A stretch of 64,000 nucleotides of DNA. Origin: Pseudomonadota bacterium. GTDB taxonomy: Bacteria; Pseudomonadota; Gammaproteobacteria; Burkholderiales; Burkholderiaceae_C. Below the pieces are notes generated by a model. That model worked only from the letters and a program-made list of their open reading frames with translations, had not been told where the DNA came from and did not search any database. Location: the NCBI GenBank assembly GCA_041694945.1, contig JBGFRU010000044.1, positions 15,165 through 79,164 on the forward strand, read 5' to 3'. The translations under genes were made by a program, and so were the position numbers. Below, one piece after another: positions 1 through 10,543 of this stretch (positions are counted from its first letter, which is position 1; each line of letters starts with the position of its first letter).

Positions 1-1123
1 CGCGTATCACGTCCACCTTGAGCGGGGTGCGCAGGTACAGGCTGGTAAACAGCGCCACGGTGATGAGCAGCAAAATGGCGCCATAGACCAGGACGCGGGG
101 CCGCAGCACGCGGCGCCACATCTGGGCCCGGCTGAGCTTGTCCTGCACCCCGTTCTGGGTCGTGAAGCGCACCAGACCACGCTCGTAACCCACCTTGTCC
201 ATGACCTGGTCGCAGACGTCGGCGCAGGAGCCGCAGCCTATGCATTCGTACTGTAGCCCCTTGCGAATGTCGATGCCCGTGGGGCAAACCTGCACGCACA
301 GCGAGCAGTCGACGCAAGCGCCGAGCTTGAGCTGCGCCAGATCGGCGTTGCGCGAGCGCCGCCCGCGCGGTTCGCCGCGCTGCTCGTCGTAGGTGACGAT
401 GAGCGTGTCGCGGTCGAACATCGCGCTCTGAAAGCGCGCGTAGGGGCACATGTATTTGCACACCTGCTCGCGCATGTAGCCGGCGTTGCCGTAGGTGGCA
501 AAACCGTAGAACAGAATCCAGAAGGTTTGCCAAGGCCCGAGTTGGGCTGCCCAAACCGCCGCCCACAGCTCGTGGATGGGCGTAAAGTAGCCGACGAAGG
601 TGAAGCCGGTCCACAAGCCAAACGCGATCCAGAGCGCTTGCTTGAGGGTTTTCTTGCCGTATTTTTCCAGCGTATGGCCGGATTGATCGAGTCGCATCCG
701 GGCCGTGCGGTCGCCCTCGACCAGCTTTTCCATCCACAGATAGATTTCGGTATAGACCGTCTGCGGGCAGGCAAAGCCGCACCACAGGCGCCCGGCAACG
801 GCCGTAAACAGGAACAAGGCCAGCGCCGAGATGACCAGCAGACCGGTGAGGTAGATCAGGTCGTGCGGGTAGAGCACGAGGTTGAAGAGGTAGAAACGGC
901 GCTCTTCGAGGTCAAACAATACAGCCTGCCGGTTGTTCCATTGCAACCAGGGCAGGCCGTAGAAAACGATCTGGGTCAGCCAGACCATGGCCCAACGCCA
1001 GTTGGTAAAGACCCCCGCGACGGAACGCGGGTAGATCTTTTGCCGGTCGGCGTAGAGCGATATCTCGATTTCGTCCGGTCTGGCGGCTGAGTTGCCGCCA
1101 TCCGGTTGGGTGCTATTTGACAA
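1..1123 (-). CDS. ccoG: cbb3 oxidase maturation ferredoxin CcoG/FixG (3' end runs off the window start)
   Basis: My own minus-strand translation; it is absent from the ORF track because it has no stop in the window. Sequence: ..LYADRQKIYPRSVAGVFTNWRW..GRLWCGFACPQTVYTE..CKYMCPYARFQS..CVDCSLCVQVCPTGIDIR..CIGCGSCADVC. The Cys clusters and the position directly after ccoP fit CcoG. The only in-frame start after the ccoP stop is TTG at 1123. Confidence 0.85.
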   Translation of the reverse strand, partial: MSNSTQPDGGNSAARPDEIEISLYADRQKIYPRSVAGVFTNWRWAMVWLTQIVFYGLPWLQWNNRQAVLFDLEERRFYLFNLVLYPHDLIYLTGLLVISALALFLFTAVAGRLWCGFACPQTVYTEIYLWMEKLVEGDRTARMRLDQSGHTLEKYGKKTLKQALWIAFGLWTGFTFVGYFTPIHELWAAVWAAQLGPWQTFWILFYGFATYGNAGYMREQVCKYMCPYARFQSAMFDRDTLIVTYDEQRGEPRGRRSRNADLAQLKLGACVDCSLCVQVCPTGIDIRKGLQYECIGCGSCADVCDQVMDKVGYERGLVRFTTQNGVQDKLSRAQMWRRVLRPRVLVYGAILLLITVALFTSLYLRTPLKVDVIR

Positions 1124-1147
1124 TTGAGGAACGACGTCGAATCGGTG

Positions 1148-2053
1148 TTATTGCGGACGGTTGGATTTGGCCCACACGTAGGCGGTCAACACATGGATCT
1201 GCTGCTCGGACAGCAACACGTTTTGTGGCGGCATGACGTTCATGATGCCTTCGTTGATGCTGCGCACCACGGCATCGACGCCAAAACCATGCAGCCAGAT
1301 GTCGTCGGTGAGGTTGGGCGCGCCCATGGCGGTGTTGCCCTTGCCATCGGCGCCGTGGCAGGCGATGCAGGTGGCAAAGTTGGCCTTGCCGGCGGCTGCG
1401 CGCACGCTGTCGTGCGGCGCACCCGAGAGGCTCAACACGTAGTGCGCCACGTTGGTGACGTCCTCCGGGGAGCCCACGGCTTCGGCCAAGGGCGGCATGA
1501 CCGCCACCCGACCCTGGGTGATCGAGACCTTGATGGCCTCGGCGTCTCCGCCCCACAACCAGTCGTTGTCGGCCAGGTTGGGGAACGTCAGGCTGCCGCG
1601 ACCGTCGGCGGCGTGGCAGACGGCGCAGTTGTTCATGAACAGGCTCTCACCGATGCGCATCGCCACCGGGTCGGCGGCCAACTGCTCGACCGACTTTTGC
1701 GCAAAGGCCTCGAACTTGGGTGCCACGGCAGCGATGTTGGCGGCCTTTTCAGCCTGATACTGCCCGACTGAAGTCCAGTTCAGCAAGCCCGGGAATTTGC
1801 CAAACATCGGGTACAACAGCCCATAGATCAGGGCAAAGACGATGGTGATGACAAACATCCAGACCCACCATTTCGGCAGCGGGTTGTCTTTTTCGATGAT
1901 GTCCTCGTCCCAGACGTGGCCGGTGGAGTTGTCTTCGGTCGGTGTGACCTTGACCTTGCTGCTGTACCACAGCAGGACAAAGCAGGCCAGGATGCTGATC
2001 AGGCTCAGCCCGGCCACGTAAAAATGCCAGAATTCGCTAGTGAAGTCGCTCAT
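1148..2053 (-). CDS. ccoP: cbb3-type cytochrome c oxidase subunit III (dihaem cytochrome c)
   Basis: 301 aa with an N-terminal TM helix and two CxxCH haem motifs (CAVCH, CIACH). Follows ccoQ. Confidence 0.95.
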   Translation of the reverse strand: MSDFTSEFWHFYVAGLSLISILACFVLLWYSSKVKVTPTEDNSTGHVWDEDIIEKDNPLPKWWVWMFVITIVFALIYGLLYPMFGKFPGLLNWTSVGQYQAEKAANIAAVAPKFEAFAQKSVEQLAADPVAMRIGESLFMNNCAVCHAADGRGSLTFPNLADNDWLWGGDAEAIKVSITQGRVAVMPPLAEAVGSPEDVTNVAHYVLSLSGAPHDSVRAAAGKANFATCIACHGADGKGNTAMGAPNLTDDIWLHGFGVDAVVRSINEGIMNVMPPQNVLLSEQQIHVLTAYVWAKSNRPQ

Positions 2054-2082
2054 GATGTTTCTCTTGTGAGTGAGTGCGCGGC

Positions 2083-2220
2083 TTAATCTTCCTTGAAGGG
2101 CAGTTGGGCGGCGTCATCGAAACGGCCCTTGTTGTGCTTGGACCACGCCCACCAGACGATGCCCAAGAACACCACCAAACTGACCACGGTCACGATGCTT
2201 CGGTAGTCGTTGATATCCAT
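2083..2220 (-). CDS. ccoQ: cbb3-type cytochrome oxidase subunit IV (small membrane protein)
   Basis: Hand translation, not in the ORF track: MDINDYRSIVTVVSLVVFLGIVWWAWSKHNKGRFDDAAQLPFKED. A 45-aa single-TM peptide sitting exactly between ccoO and ccoP. Confidence 0.8.
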   Translation of the reverse strand: MDINDYRSIVTVVSLVVFLGIVWWAWSKHNKGRFDDAAQLPFKED

Positions 2221-2240
2221 GCGCTCTGCTCCTGGTCGCT

Positions 2241-2864
2241 TCAGCGCACCGCTGTGCCCAGAACCTGCAGGTAAGCGATCAGGGCATCCATCTCGGTCTT
2301 GCCCTCCACGGCAGCGGCGGCGCCGGCGACTTCCTCGTCTGTGTAGGGGTGGCCGAGCATTTGCAACACACGCAGCCGCTGCGGCATGGCCTCTGCATTC
2401 ACGGGCCGCTCAGCCAGCCAGGGGTAAGCCGGCATGTTGGAGTATGGGCGCAGCGAGCGCGGATCCATCAGGTGCTGGCGGTGCCATTCGTCGGAGTAGC
2501 GGCCACCGATGCGGTGCAAGTCCGGGCCGGTGCGCTTGGAGCCCCACTGGAACGGGCGGTCGTACACAAACTCGCCCGCGAGCGAGAAGTGGCCGTAGCG
2601 CATGGTTTCGGCGTGGAAGGGGCGAATCATCTGCGAATGGCAGGTGAAGCAGCCTTCGCGGATGTAGATATCCTTGCCCGCCAGTTGCAGCGCGGTGTAG
2701 GGCTTGAGACCCTCCACCGGCTGCGTGGTCGATTTCTTGAAGAACAGCGGAACGATCTCGACCAGGCCGCCGATCGAAATCACGGCCAGGATCAGGACGA
2801 TCATCAGAAAGCTGTTGGTCTCGACCTTTTGGTGCGAGTTGCCTTTGGTTGCATTGCTAGCCAT
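2241..2864 (-). CDS. ccoO: cbb3-type cytochrome c oxidase subunit II (monohaem)
   Basis: CFTCH haem motif and a TM anchor. I chose ATG at 2864, preceded by AGGAG, rather than the TTG at 2885 used by the ORF track. Confidence 0.93.
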   Translation of the reverse strand: MASNATKGNSHQKVETNSFLMIVLILAVISIGGLVEIVPLFFKKSTTQPVEGLKPYTALQLAGKDIYIREGCFTCHSQMIRPFHAETMRYGHFSLAGEFVYDRPFQWGSKRTGPDLHRIGGRYSDEWHRQHLMDPRSLRPYSNMPAYPWLAERPVNAEAMPQRLRVLQMLGHPYTDEEVAGAAAAVEGKTEMDALIAYLQVLGTAVR

Positions 2865-2881
2865 TTTCAAGCACTCCTGAT

Positions 2882-4372
2882 TCAAGCGTGGGCCGGGGAA
2901 ACCGCCGGAATCCGGACCTGGGGCACCGGGCCAGCGCGCAAGCCCTCACGCACCGTCATCCAAACGTTCCAGGCCATGATGCACATACCAGCAAAGTACA
3001 TGAAGCCACCGACCAAACGTATCGCATAGAAGGGGTAGCTGGCGCGCACCGACTCGCTGAAGGTGAAGGCCAGGGTGCCGTCGTCGGCCAGGGCACGCCA
3101 CATCAGGCCTTGGGTCACACCGGCAATCCACATAGCGGCGATGTAGATCACGATGCCGATACAGGCGATCCAGAAGTGCAGCTCGATGGCCGGCACGGAG
3201 TACATCTTCTTCTGCCCAAACAGGCGCGGGATCAGGAAGTAGAGCGCACCCATGGAAATCAGGCCGACCCAGCCCAGCGCACCCGAGTGCACGTGGCCGA
3301 TGGTCCAGTCGGTGTAGTGGCTCAGGGCGTTGACGGTCTTGATCGACATCATCGGCCCTTCGAAGGTGGACATGCCGTAGAACGACAGCGAGACGATCAG
3401 GAAGCGCAGGATCGGGTCGTCGCGCAGCTTGTGCCAGGCACCCGAGAGGGTCATGATGCCGTTGATCATGCCGCCCCAGCTCGGCGCCAGCAGGATGAGC
3501 GAGAACACCATGCCCAGCGATTGCGTCCAGTCGGGCAGCGCGGTGTAGTGCAGGTGGTGCGGGCCGGCCCACATGTAGGTGAAGATCAGGGCCCAGAAGT
3601 GGACGATCGAGAGGCGGTAGCTGTAGATCGGGCGCTCGGCCTGCTTCGGGATGAAGTAGTACATGATGCCCAGGAAGCCCGCCGTGAGGAAGAAGCCCAC
3701 CGCGTTGTGGCCGTACCACCATTGGATCATGGCGCTTTGCACGCCGGAGTAGAGCGAATAGGCGTGCAGCAGGCCGGTGGGCACGGCCAGGCTGTTGACC
3801 ACGTGCAGCAGCGCCACCGCCAGAATGAAGGCACCGAAGAACCAGTTGGCGACGTAGATGTGGTTGATCTTGCGCGTGGCCAGCGTGCCGAAGAACACGA
3901 CCGCATACGAGACCCAGACCGCCGTGATGAGCACGTCGATCGGCCAGATCAGTTCGGCGTATTCCTGGCCCGAAGTCAGGCCCAGGGGCAGCGTGATGGC
4001 CGCAAGCACGATCACCAGTTGCCAGCCCCAGAAAGTAAATGCCGCGAGTTGCGGCAAAAAGAGCTTGGTCTGGCAGGTGCGTTGCACCACGTAGTAGCTG
4101 GTGGCAAAGAGCACACAGCCGCCGAAGGCGAAGATCACGGCGTTGGTGTGCAGCGGGCGCAGACGCCCGAACGAGAACCACTCGAGCCCGAGCTGGCCCA
4201 GGTTGAGTGCCGGCCAGATCATCTGGGCGGCGATGACCACGCCGACCAGCATCCCGACCACACCCCAGACCACCGCCATGACAGAGAACTGTCGGATGGC
4301 CTTGTCTTCATAGACACCCTGCCGGGCATCGGATACGCTGCCCGCATGGGCATCCGCCGTGATTGCACTCAT
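2882..4372 (-). CDS. ccoN: cbb3-type cytochrome c oxidase subunit I
   Basis: Polytopic haem-copper oxidase sequence (..[29 protein letters not shown]..). Start taken at ATG 4372 (MSAIT..) with AAGAGGAG 7 nt upstream. Confidence 0.95.
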   Translation of the reverse strand: MSAITADAHAGSVSDARQGVYEDKAIRQFSVMAVVWGVVGMLVGVVIAAQMIWPALNLGQLGLEWFSFGRLRPLHTNAVIFAFGGCVLFATSYYVVQRTCQTKLFLPQLAAFTFWGWQLVIVLAAITLPLGLTSGQEYAELIWPIDVLITAVWVSYAVVFFGTLATRKINHIYVANWFFGAFILAVALLHVVNSLAVPTGLLHAYSLYSGVQSAMIQWWYGHNAVGFFLTAGFLGIMYYFIPKQAERPIYSYRLSIVHFWALIFTYMWAGPHHLHYTALPDWTQSLGMVFSLILLAPSWGGMINGIMTLSGAWHKLRDDPILRFLIVSLSFYGMSTFEGPMMSIKTVNALSHYTDWTIGHVHSGALGWVGLISMGALYFLIPRLFGQKKMYSVPAIELHFWIACIGIVIYIAAMWIAGVTQGLMWRALADDGTLAFTFSESVRASYPFYAIRLVGGFMYFAGMCIMAWNVWMTVREGLRAGPVPQVRIPAVSPAHA

Positions 4373-4433
4373 GCACCTACTCCTCTTATTAAAAAACACC
4401 GCCAGAGTGTCGCCGCTGGCGCGGCTACGCCAT

Positions 4434-4447
4434 TTGACCTAGATCAA
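4434..4447. promoter_or_regulatory. FNR/Anr-type box TTGAC-CTAG-ATCAA upstream of ccoN
   Basis: 9/10 match to the TTGAT-N4-ATCAA palindrome. Its centre is about 68 nt upstream of the ccoN ATG and it overlaps the ccoS stop codon. Confidence 0.6.
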
Positions 4448-4581
4448 TCGTTTTTCAAAATCCGTTCGCCTTCGCGCTCGACGTTGTCGTACTGACCGTT
4501 GTACAGCGCCCACCAGAACACCCCGATGATCGCCAGCACCAGCAGCACCGACAGGGGGATCAACAACAACAAGGATTCCAT
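4444..4581 (-). CDS. ccoS: cbb3 oxidase assembly protein CcoS/FixS
   Basis: MESLLLLIPLSVLLVLAIIGVFWWALYNGQYDNVEREGERILKND. A 45-aa single-TM peptide 4 nt after the ccoI stop. The ORF-track N-terminal extension overlaps ccoI and is discarded. Confidence 0.85.
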   Translation of the reverse strand: MESLLLLIPLSVLLVLAIIGVFWWALYNGQYDNVEREGERILKND

Positions 4582-4585
4582 GGCA

Positions 4586-7072
4586 TCACCTCGCGTAGGC
4601 TGCGACCGGCAGCAGGGCCGGATCGGGGGCAGGAAAGTCGGGCAGGCGCGACAGCCGCATCGCGTTGCCGATGACCACAAAAGAGCTCAGCGCCATGCCC
4701 AAGCCGGCTAGCCAAGGCGGCACATAGCCCGCGATGGCGAGCGGCACCATGCTGCCATTGTAACTAGCCGAAAAGATCAGGTTCTGCTTGATTATGCGCA
4801 TGGTGCGCCGGGCTTGCCTCATGGTTTGTACCAATTCTGACAAACGGCCGCTTTGCACCACCAGGTCGGACTGCGACTGCGTCAGGGGCGCGCCGTGGCC
4901 GAGCGCGAACGAGACTTCGGCGCGCGCCAGCACCGGGCCGTCGTTCATGCCGTCGCCCACCATGGCGATCCGTGCCCCCTGGGCTTGCAGGGCGGCGACG
5001 ACTTCGAGCTTGCGCTCGGGGCTGGCCTCGGACACCACTTGGGTGATGCCGAGCTGCTGCGCCACGCGCTGCACCGCGCCGATCTTGTCGCCCGAGAGCA
5101 GATGGACCTGCAAGCCCATGGCGCGCAAGTCGGCCACGGCCGCGGCGGCGTCGGCGCGCACGCCTTCGTCCATGACGAAGGTGGCCAGCCAGCCCTGCTC
5201 GTCGCTGAGGTAGGCGCAGGGCGCGTCGGCGACGCTGCGCCCCTGGGCCAGCAGCTGGTCTTGATCCAGCCCGCACAGCGCCGCCGAACCGAGTTTGTAA
5301 ACGCCCCCACCGGCGCGCTCGAGCACCAAGCCGGCGCCGGGAACGTCGCGCACCAGATCGAGCGCGGCCTGCGAAGTGGCCTCTGGGGCATCGGGGGCTG
5401 CAGAAGCAGGGGCTGAAGTGGCTGTGGTGGCAGCGGGCGCAGCCGCACTGTCCGCTGGCCGTGCCCGCGCCGCAATCGCACGCGACACCGGGTGCAGCGA
5501 GGCCGCGGCCAGTGGCCAAGCCAGCTCCAGCGCTTGCTCATCTGTGAGGCCCGGGCGCACCCGCACCTCGCGCAGCACCACCCGGTCCTGGGTCAGGGTG
5601 CCGGTCTTGTCGAACACCACGGTGTCGATCCTGCACAGGGCCTCGAAGGCCAGCAGGCGCCGCACCAGGATGCCGCGCTCGGCCAAGGCCCCGGCTGCGG
5701 CCAGCATGGCCGAGGGCGTCGAGAGCGCGAGCGCACACGGACAGGTGGCCACCAGCACCGCGACCGCGATCGGCACCGCCAAGGCGGGGTCGATCTGCCA
5801 CCAGTACCAAGCGCCGAAGGCGGCGCTGAGCAAGACCGCGACCAGAAACGGCCCGGCGATGCGGTCGGCGAGCTTGACCAGCTCCGGTTTTTCGGTGGAC
5901 GCCTGCTCCATCAGCGCCACGATCTGGGCGAAACGGGTCTCGCGCCCCAGGCGCTCGATGCGCACCAGCGCCGTGCCGGACAGGTTGTAGCTGCCGGCCA
6001 CCACCGCTTGACCACGCAGCCGCGTCACTGGCTGCGATTCGCCGGTCAGCAGCGCCTCATCGACGGTGGCGCTGTCACCGAGCACGGTGGCGTCGCCCGG
6101 GAAGGCGATGCCGGCCTGCACGCGCAGCACGTCGCCCACGCGCAGGCGCTTGAGCGAGACGGTCTCGAAGCTGCCGTCGGCCAGCTGGCGCTCGCACTGC
6201 TCGGGCAGGCGGTTCATGAGCACGTCGAGCGCGCCGGCGGTGCGGTCGCGCAGGCGCGAGACCAGGTAGCGCCCACCGAGCAGGAAGAACACGAACATGG
6301 TGAGCGAATCGAACCAGATTTCGTGCCCCCAGACGCCCGTGGGGTCGAAGGTGGCGCCGGTGCTGGCGATGAAGGTCACCAGGATGCCGATCGAGACCGG
6401 CATGTCCATGCCGATGCGCCCGTGGCGCAGGTCACGCCAGGCGCTCTGAAAAAAGGGCATGCTGGAAAACAGCACCACCGGCACGCTCAGCATCCAGTTG
6501 GCCCAGCGCAGCAACTGGTCATAAACCAAGGGGATCTCGCCCGGCTCGGTGATGTAGAACGGCCACGAGTACATCATGACCTGCATGGTGCAAAAGCCGG
6601 CCACGAACAGGCGCCACATCAGCAGCCGGGTTTCGGCCAGGCGCTCCTCGACGCTGAGCGCCTGGCGCATGGGCAGCAGCCGGTAGCCGCTTTGACCGAC
6701 GTTGCGCGCCAGCGCCGAGAGCAGGGTCTGGGCCGGGTCCCAGCGCAGCGTGACGCGCCGGGTGGCGGCGTGTACCCGCACCGACTCGACGCCGCGGCGC
6801 CCGCCCAGGGCGGCTTCGACGGTTTCGGAACAGGCCGGGCAGTACATGCCCTGCACCATCAGCACCGCCTCTTGCAGTTCGCGCCCGTCAACCTGCACCG
6901 GACGGCAGAAATCCTCTTGCTCGATGGGGTCGTCGAGCACCAGGAAGTCGTCGTCAACGGTGAGCGGGCCGCGGTGCTGGCCCAAAAGGGCGCCCAGGCC
7001 CGTGGCCGTCGCTGTGCTGGCAGCCAGATCGCTGCCGGTGACGGCGGTGGAGTTCGACATGCGCGCGAGCAT
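4586..7072 (-). CDS. ccoI: copper-translocating P1B-type ATPase for cbb3 maturation (CcoI/FixI)
   Basis: N-terminal CPAC metal-binding domain, a TM CPC motif (ATCPCALALS), the DKTGTLT phosphorylation site and the GDGMND hinge. Start is uncertain (ATG 7072 or 7060; the ORF-track start at 7282 is unlikely). Confidence 0.9.
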   Translation of the reverse strand: MLARMSNSTAVTGSDLAASTATATGLGALLGQHRGPLTVDDDFLVLDDPIEQEDFCRPVQVDGRELQEAVLMVQGMYCPACSETVEAALGGRRGVESVRVHAATRRVTLRWDPAQTLLSALARNVGQSGYRLLPMRQALSVEERLAETRLLMWRLFVAGFCTMQVMMYSWPFYITEPGEIPLVYDQLLRWANWMLSVPVVLFSSMPFFQSAWRDLRHGRIGMDMPVSIGILVTFIASTGATFDPTGVWGHEIWFDSLTMFVFFLLGGRYLVSRLRDRTAGALDVLMNRLPEQCERQLADGSFETVSLKRLRVGDVLRVQAGIAFPGDATVLGDSATVDEALLTGESQPVTRLRGQAVVAGSYNLSGTALVRIERLGRETRFAQIVALMEQASTEKPELVKLADRIAGPFLVAVLLSAAFGAWYWWQIDPALAVPIAVAVLVATCPCALALSTPSAMLAAAGALAERGILVRRLLAFEALCRIDTVVFDKTGTLTQDRVVLREVRVRPGLTDEQALELAWPLAAASLHPVSRAIAARARPADSAAAPAATTATSAPASAAPDAPEATSQAALDLVRDVPGAGLVLERAGGGVYKLGSAALCGLDQDQLLAQGRSVADAPCAYLSDEQGWLATFVMDEGVRADAAAAVADLRAMGLQVHLLSGDKIGAVQRVAQQLGITQVVSEASPERKLEVVAALQAQGARIAMVGDGMNDGPVLARAEVSFALGHGAPLTQSQSDLVVQSGRLSELVQTMRQARRTMRIIKQNLIFSASYNGSMVPLAIAGYVPPWLAGLGMALSSFVVIGNAMRLSRLPDFPAPDPALLPVAAYAR

Positions 7073-7096
7073 ACCATCGGGCTTGGCCGGGCTGGC

Positions 7097-7110
7097 TTGA
7101 TTCAGATCAA
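7097..7110. promoter_or_regulatory. perfect FNR/Anr box TTGAT-TCAG-ATCAA in the ccoI/usp divergent region
   Basis: Exact match to the consensus palindrome. It lies 106 nt upstream of the usp ATG (7216) and 25 nt upstream of the first candidate ccoI ATG. Confidence 0.65.
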
Positions 7111-7215
7111 GTTTGAGGGCTATTCGTGCCTGAGCGCTGCACTTGCGGGCCGACCTGGCCCCAAAGTTGCAGGCACAATGGAGGCACCCCCATTTCTTTC
7201 TGGAGCTCCTTTGCC

Positions 7216-7659
7216 ATGTACCAACGCATCCTCGTGACCACTGACGGCTCGGAACTGTCGGATCAGGCCGTCGCACACGCACTCAAGCTCGCCAACGCGC
7301 TCTGCGCCGAACTGCTGGCGCTGCGCGTGGTCGCACCCTACCCCAAGACCTATTTCGAGGGCGGTGTGGCGCTGGCCGAAGAAGAAGTGCGGCGCATCGA
7401 ACAGCAGTGGCACGATGACGCCATGGACAGCCTGCATGCGATCCAGGCCGAGGGCCAAAAGCTTGGCGTCAAGGTGCGGCCGCTGACGGTGCAGTCGGAA
7501 CTGATCGCTGAAGCCATCATGGCGGCCGCGCAGCAGCACAAGGCCGACCTGATCATCATGGCCTCGCACGGTCGGCGTGGCCTCAAGCGTCTGCTGCTGG
7601 GCAGCGAAACCCAGCAGGTGCTGACGCACACCAGCACGCCGGTGCTGGTGCTGCGCTGA
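7216..7659 (+). CDS. universal stress protein (UspA family)
   Basis: MYQRILVTTDGSELSDQAVAHAL..ADLIIMASHGRRGLKRLLLGSETQQVLTHTSTPVLVLR, a typical Usp fold signature. Confidence 0.9.
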   Translation: MYQRILVTTDGSELSDQAVAHALKLANALCAELLALRVVAPYPKTYFEGGVALAEEEVRRIEQQWHDDAMDSLHAIQAEGQKLGVKVRPLTVQSELIAEAIMAAAQQHKADLIIMASHGRRGLKRLLLGSETQQVLTHTSTPVLVLR

Positions 7660-7692
7660 GGCCCATCGGAGTGGGCCCGTTGGGCGGCCCCT

Positions 7693-8511
7693 TCAAGCCG
7701 CAGTCGTGCGCTGCCGGTGCGCCCAGCCCCACAAGGCCGCACCGGCCAGGATCATGGGCAGGCTGAGCCACTGGCCCATGCTCAAGCCCAGCGCGAGCAG
7801 CCCCAAATGCGCGTCGGGCTCGCGGAAGAACTCGACGATGAAGCGCATGCTGCCGTAGCCAACCAGGAACGCCGCCGACACTTCGCCCAGACGCCGCGGC
7901 CCGCGCGCGTACAGCCACAGCAGCACGAACAGCAACACGCCTTCGAGCAGCGCCTGGTAGAGCTGCGAGGGGTGGCGCGGCAAGTCGCCGGCGCCGCGAA
8001 ACACCATCGCCCACGGCAGCGCCGGGTCGGCCACGCGGCCCCAGAGTTCGCCGTTGATGAAGTTGCCGATGCGCCCGCTGGCAATACCGAGCGGAATGCA
8101 GGGGGCGACGAAGTCGGTCACTTGCAACCAGTGGCAGCGCCGCCGCCAGGCAAACCACGCCATTGCCAGCAACAGGGCCAGAAAGCCGCCGTGAAAGCTC
8201 AGGCCCCCTTCCCAGACGGCAAAAATGCGCAGCGGCTCGGCCAGAAACTCGAGCGGCTTGTAGAACAGCACATAGCCCAGGCGTCCGCCGACGATGATGG
8301 CAATCACGCCCAAAAACAGCAAATCTTCCACGTCGCGCCGGCCCCAGCCCAGCGCGGCGTAACTGGGGTGGCGCAAGCGGCGCAGCGCCAGCAGGAAGAA
8401 CAGGCCAAAGGCGATCAGGTACATGAGCCCGTACCAGTGGATGGCCAGCGGCCCGAGCTGCAGCGCCACCGGGTCGATCTGCGGGTGCTGCAAAAAGGTG
8501 CTTGCGCTCAT
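7693..8511 (-). CDS. lgt: prolipoprotein diacylglyceryl transferase
   Basis: 272-aa polytopic protein with [12 protein letters not shown].. and [14 protein letters not shown] motifs. Confidence 0.93.
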   Translation of the reverse strand: MSASTFLQHPQIDPVALQLGPLAIHWYGLMYLIAFGLFFLLALRRLRHPSYAALGWGRRDVEDLLFLGVIAIIVGGRLGYVLFYKPLEFLAEPLRIFAVWEGGLSFHGGFLALLLAMAWFAWRRRCHWLQVTDFVAPCIPLGIASGRIGNFINGELWGRVADPALPWAMVFRGAGDLPRHPSQLYQALLEGVLLFVLLWLYARGPRRLGEVSAAFLVGYGSMRFIVEFFREPDAHLGLLALGLSMGQWLSLPMILAGAALWGWAHRQRTTAA

Positions 8512-8514
8512 GGC

Positions 8515-10425
8515 TCAGTCCAGCGCCGACAGATCGCGCACCGCGCCCTTGTCGGCCGACAGCACCAGCTTGGCGTAGGCCTTGAGCGCCGCCGAGACCT
8601 TGCGCGCGCGCGGCTGGGCCGGTTTCCAGCCCAGGCGGTCTTGCTCGGTGCGGCGCTGCGCCAGCTCGTCGTCGGTCACCAGCAGTTCGATGCGGCGCTG
8701 GGCGATGTCGATACGAATCCGGTCGCCGTCGCGCACCAGGCCGATGGCGCCGCCGGCGGCGGCCTCGGGTGAGGCGTGGCCGATGCTCAGGCCCGAGGTG
8801 CCGCCCGAGAAGCGCCCGTCGGTGAGCAAGGCGCAGACCTTGCCCAGCCCCTTGGACTTGAGGTACGAAGTCGGGTAGAGCATCTCTTGCATGCCGGGGC
8901 CGCCGCGTGGGCCTTCGTAGCGGATCACGACCACGTCGCCGGGCACGATCTGGTCGCTCAAAATCGCTTGCACGGCCGCGTCCTGGCTCTCGAAGACGCG
9001 CGCCGGGCCCTCGAAGGCGCGCAGGGTCGAGGTGGGCACGCTGGTGGTGTAGCGCAGTTGCTCGGCCTCGAACATGCTCTGATCGACGCCGGCGGTCTTG
9101 ACGATGCAGCCATCCAGCGCCAGGTTGCCGTAGAGCACCGCCAGCCCACCGTCGCGCGAGTAGGCGTGTTCCAGGTCGCGGATGCAGCCTTGGGCACGGT
9201 CGGTGTCCAGGCTGGGCCAGCGCTGGCTCTGGCTGAAGGCGGTCTGGCTCGGCACCCCGCCCGGTGCGGCGCGGTAGAAGGTTTGCACCTCGGCACTGGG
9301 CGCGCGTGCGATGTCCCACTGCGCCAGCGCCGCCGCCAAGCTCGGGCTGTGCACGGTGCCGCAGTGGGCGTGCAGCAGGCCGGCGCGGTCGAGCTCACCC
9401 AGAATGGCAAAAATGCCCCCGGCGCGGTGCACGTCTTCGATGTGGTAGCGGTCGGTGTTGGGTGCGACCTTGCACAGCGTGGGCACGCGGCGCGACAGGC
9501 GGTCGATGTCGGCCATGGTGAACTCGACCTCGGCCTCGCGCGCCGTGGCCAGCAGGTGCAGCACGGTGTTGGTGGAGCCGCCCATGGCAATGTCGAGCGC
9601 GATCGCGTTCTCGAAGGCCTCGAAGGTGGCGATCGAGCGCGGCAGCACCGAGGCGTCATCGCCCTCGTAGCAGCGCCGCGCCAGTTCGACGATCAGGCGT
9701 CCGGCGCGGCGAAACAGCTGCTCGCGGTCGGTGTGGGTGGCGAGCACGGTGCCGTTGCCGGGCAGGCTCAGGCCCAGGGCTTCGGTCAGGCAGTTCATCG
9801 AGTTGGCGGTGAACATGCCCGAGCACGAGCCGCAGGTGGGGCAGGCGTTGCGCTCGACTTCGGCCAGCTCGGCGTCCGACACCGAGGCGTCGGCGGCCAG
9901 CACCATGGCATCGACCAAGTCCAGCTTCTTGATCTGCACCGTCTGCTCGCCCGGCACGCTGCGCAACACCTTGCCGGCTTCCATCGGCCCGCCCGAGACG
10001 AACACCACCGGGATGTTCAGCCGCATGGCGGCCATGAGCATGCCTGGGGTGATCTTGTCGCAGTTGGAGATGCACACCAGCGCGTCGGCGCAGTGCGCGT
10101 TGACCATGTACTCGACCGAATCGGCGATCACCTCGCGACTGGGCAGCGAGTACAACATGCCGTCGTGGCCCATGGCGATGCCGTCGTCCACGGCGATGGT
10201 GTGAAACTCCTTGGCCACGCCGCCGGCGGCTTCGATCTCGCGCGCCACCAGTTGCCCCAGGTCCTTGAGGTGCACGTGGCCGGGAACGAACTGGGTGAAG
10301 CTGTTGGCGATGGCGATGATGGGCTTGTCAAAATCGCCGTCTTTCATGCCGGTGGCGCGCCACAGGGCACGGGCGCCCGCCATGTTGCGGCCAGCGGTGG
10401 AGGTTTTGGAGCGGTAGGTGGGCAT
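8515..10425 (-). CDS. ilvD: dihydroxy-acid dehydratase
   Basis: [53 protein letters not shown].. Start set at the conserved MPTYRS. Confidence 0.96.
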   Translation of the reverse strand: MPTYRSKTSTAGRNMAGARALWRATGMKDGDFDKPIIAIANSFTQFVPGHVHLKDLGQLVAREIEAAGGVAKEFHTIAVDDGIAMGHDGMLYSLPSREVIADSVEYMVNAHCADALVCISNCDKITPGMLMAAMRLNIPVVFVSGGPMEAGKVLRSVPGEQTVQIKKLDLVDAMVLAADASVSDAELAEVERNACPTCGSCSGMFTANSMNCLTEALGLSLPGNGTVLATHTDREQLFRRAGRLIVELARRCYEGDDASVLPRSIATFEAFENAIALDIAMGGSTNTVLHLLATAREAEVEFTMADIDRLSRRVPTLCKVAPNTDRYHIEDVHRAGGIFAILGELDRAGLLHAHCGTVHSPSLAAALAQWDIARAPSAEVQTFYRAAPGGVPSQTAFSQSQRWPSLDTDRAQGCIRDLEHAYSRDGGLAVLYGNLALDGCIVKTAGVDQSMFEAEQLRYTTSVPTSTLRAFEGPARVFESQDAAVQAILSDQIVPGDVVVIRYEGPRGGPGMQEMLYPTSYLKSKGLGKVCALLTDGRFSGGTSGLSIGHASPEAAAGGAIGLVRDGDRIRIDIAQRRIELLVTDDELAQRRTEQDRLGWKPAQPRARKVSAALKAYAKLVLSADKGAVRDLSALD

Positions 10426-10543
10426 GGAAGCGTCTGCTGGAAAAGGGGGTGGCACACGATCGGGCATTATCGCTTGCAAAGCCTGCATGCCCGGCAAGAC
10501 CCTGCGGGCCGCGCCCCTGCAGGCTGCTGCGCCCGGGGGCGCA

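Noticed and set aside
2888-4495. 535-aa + strand ORF
   Set aside because: It is antisense to ccoN, whose sequence is unmistakable. The product is Arg/Gly/His/Asp-rich and low-complexity, typical of a high-GC shadow frame.
7583-9319. 578-aa minus-strand ORF
   Set aside because: It is out of frame with lgt and ilvD, both securely identified. The product is Arg/Pro/Gly/Ala-rich, typical of a shadow frame.
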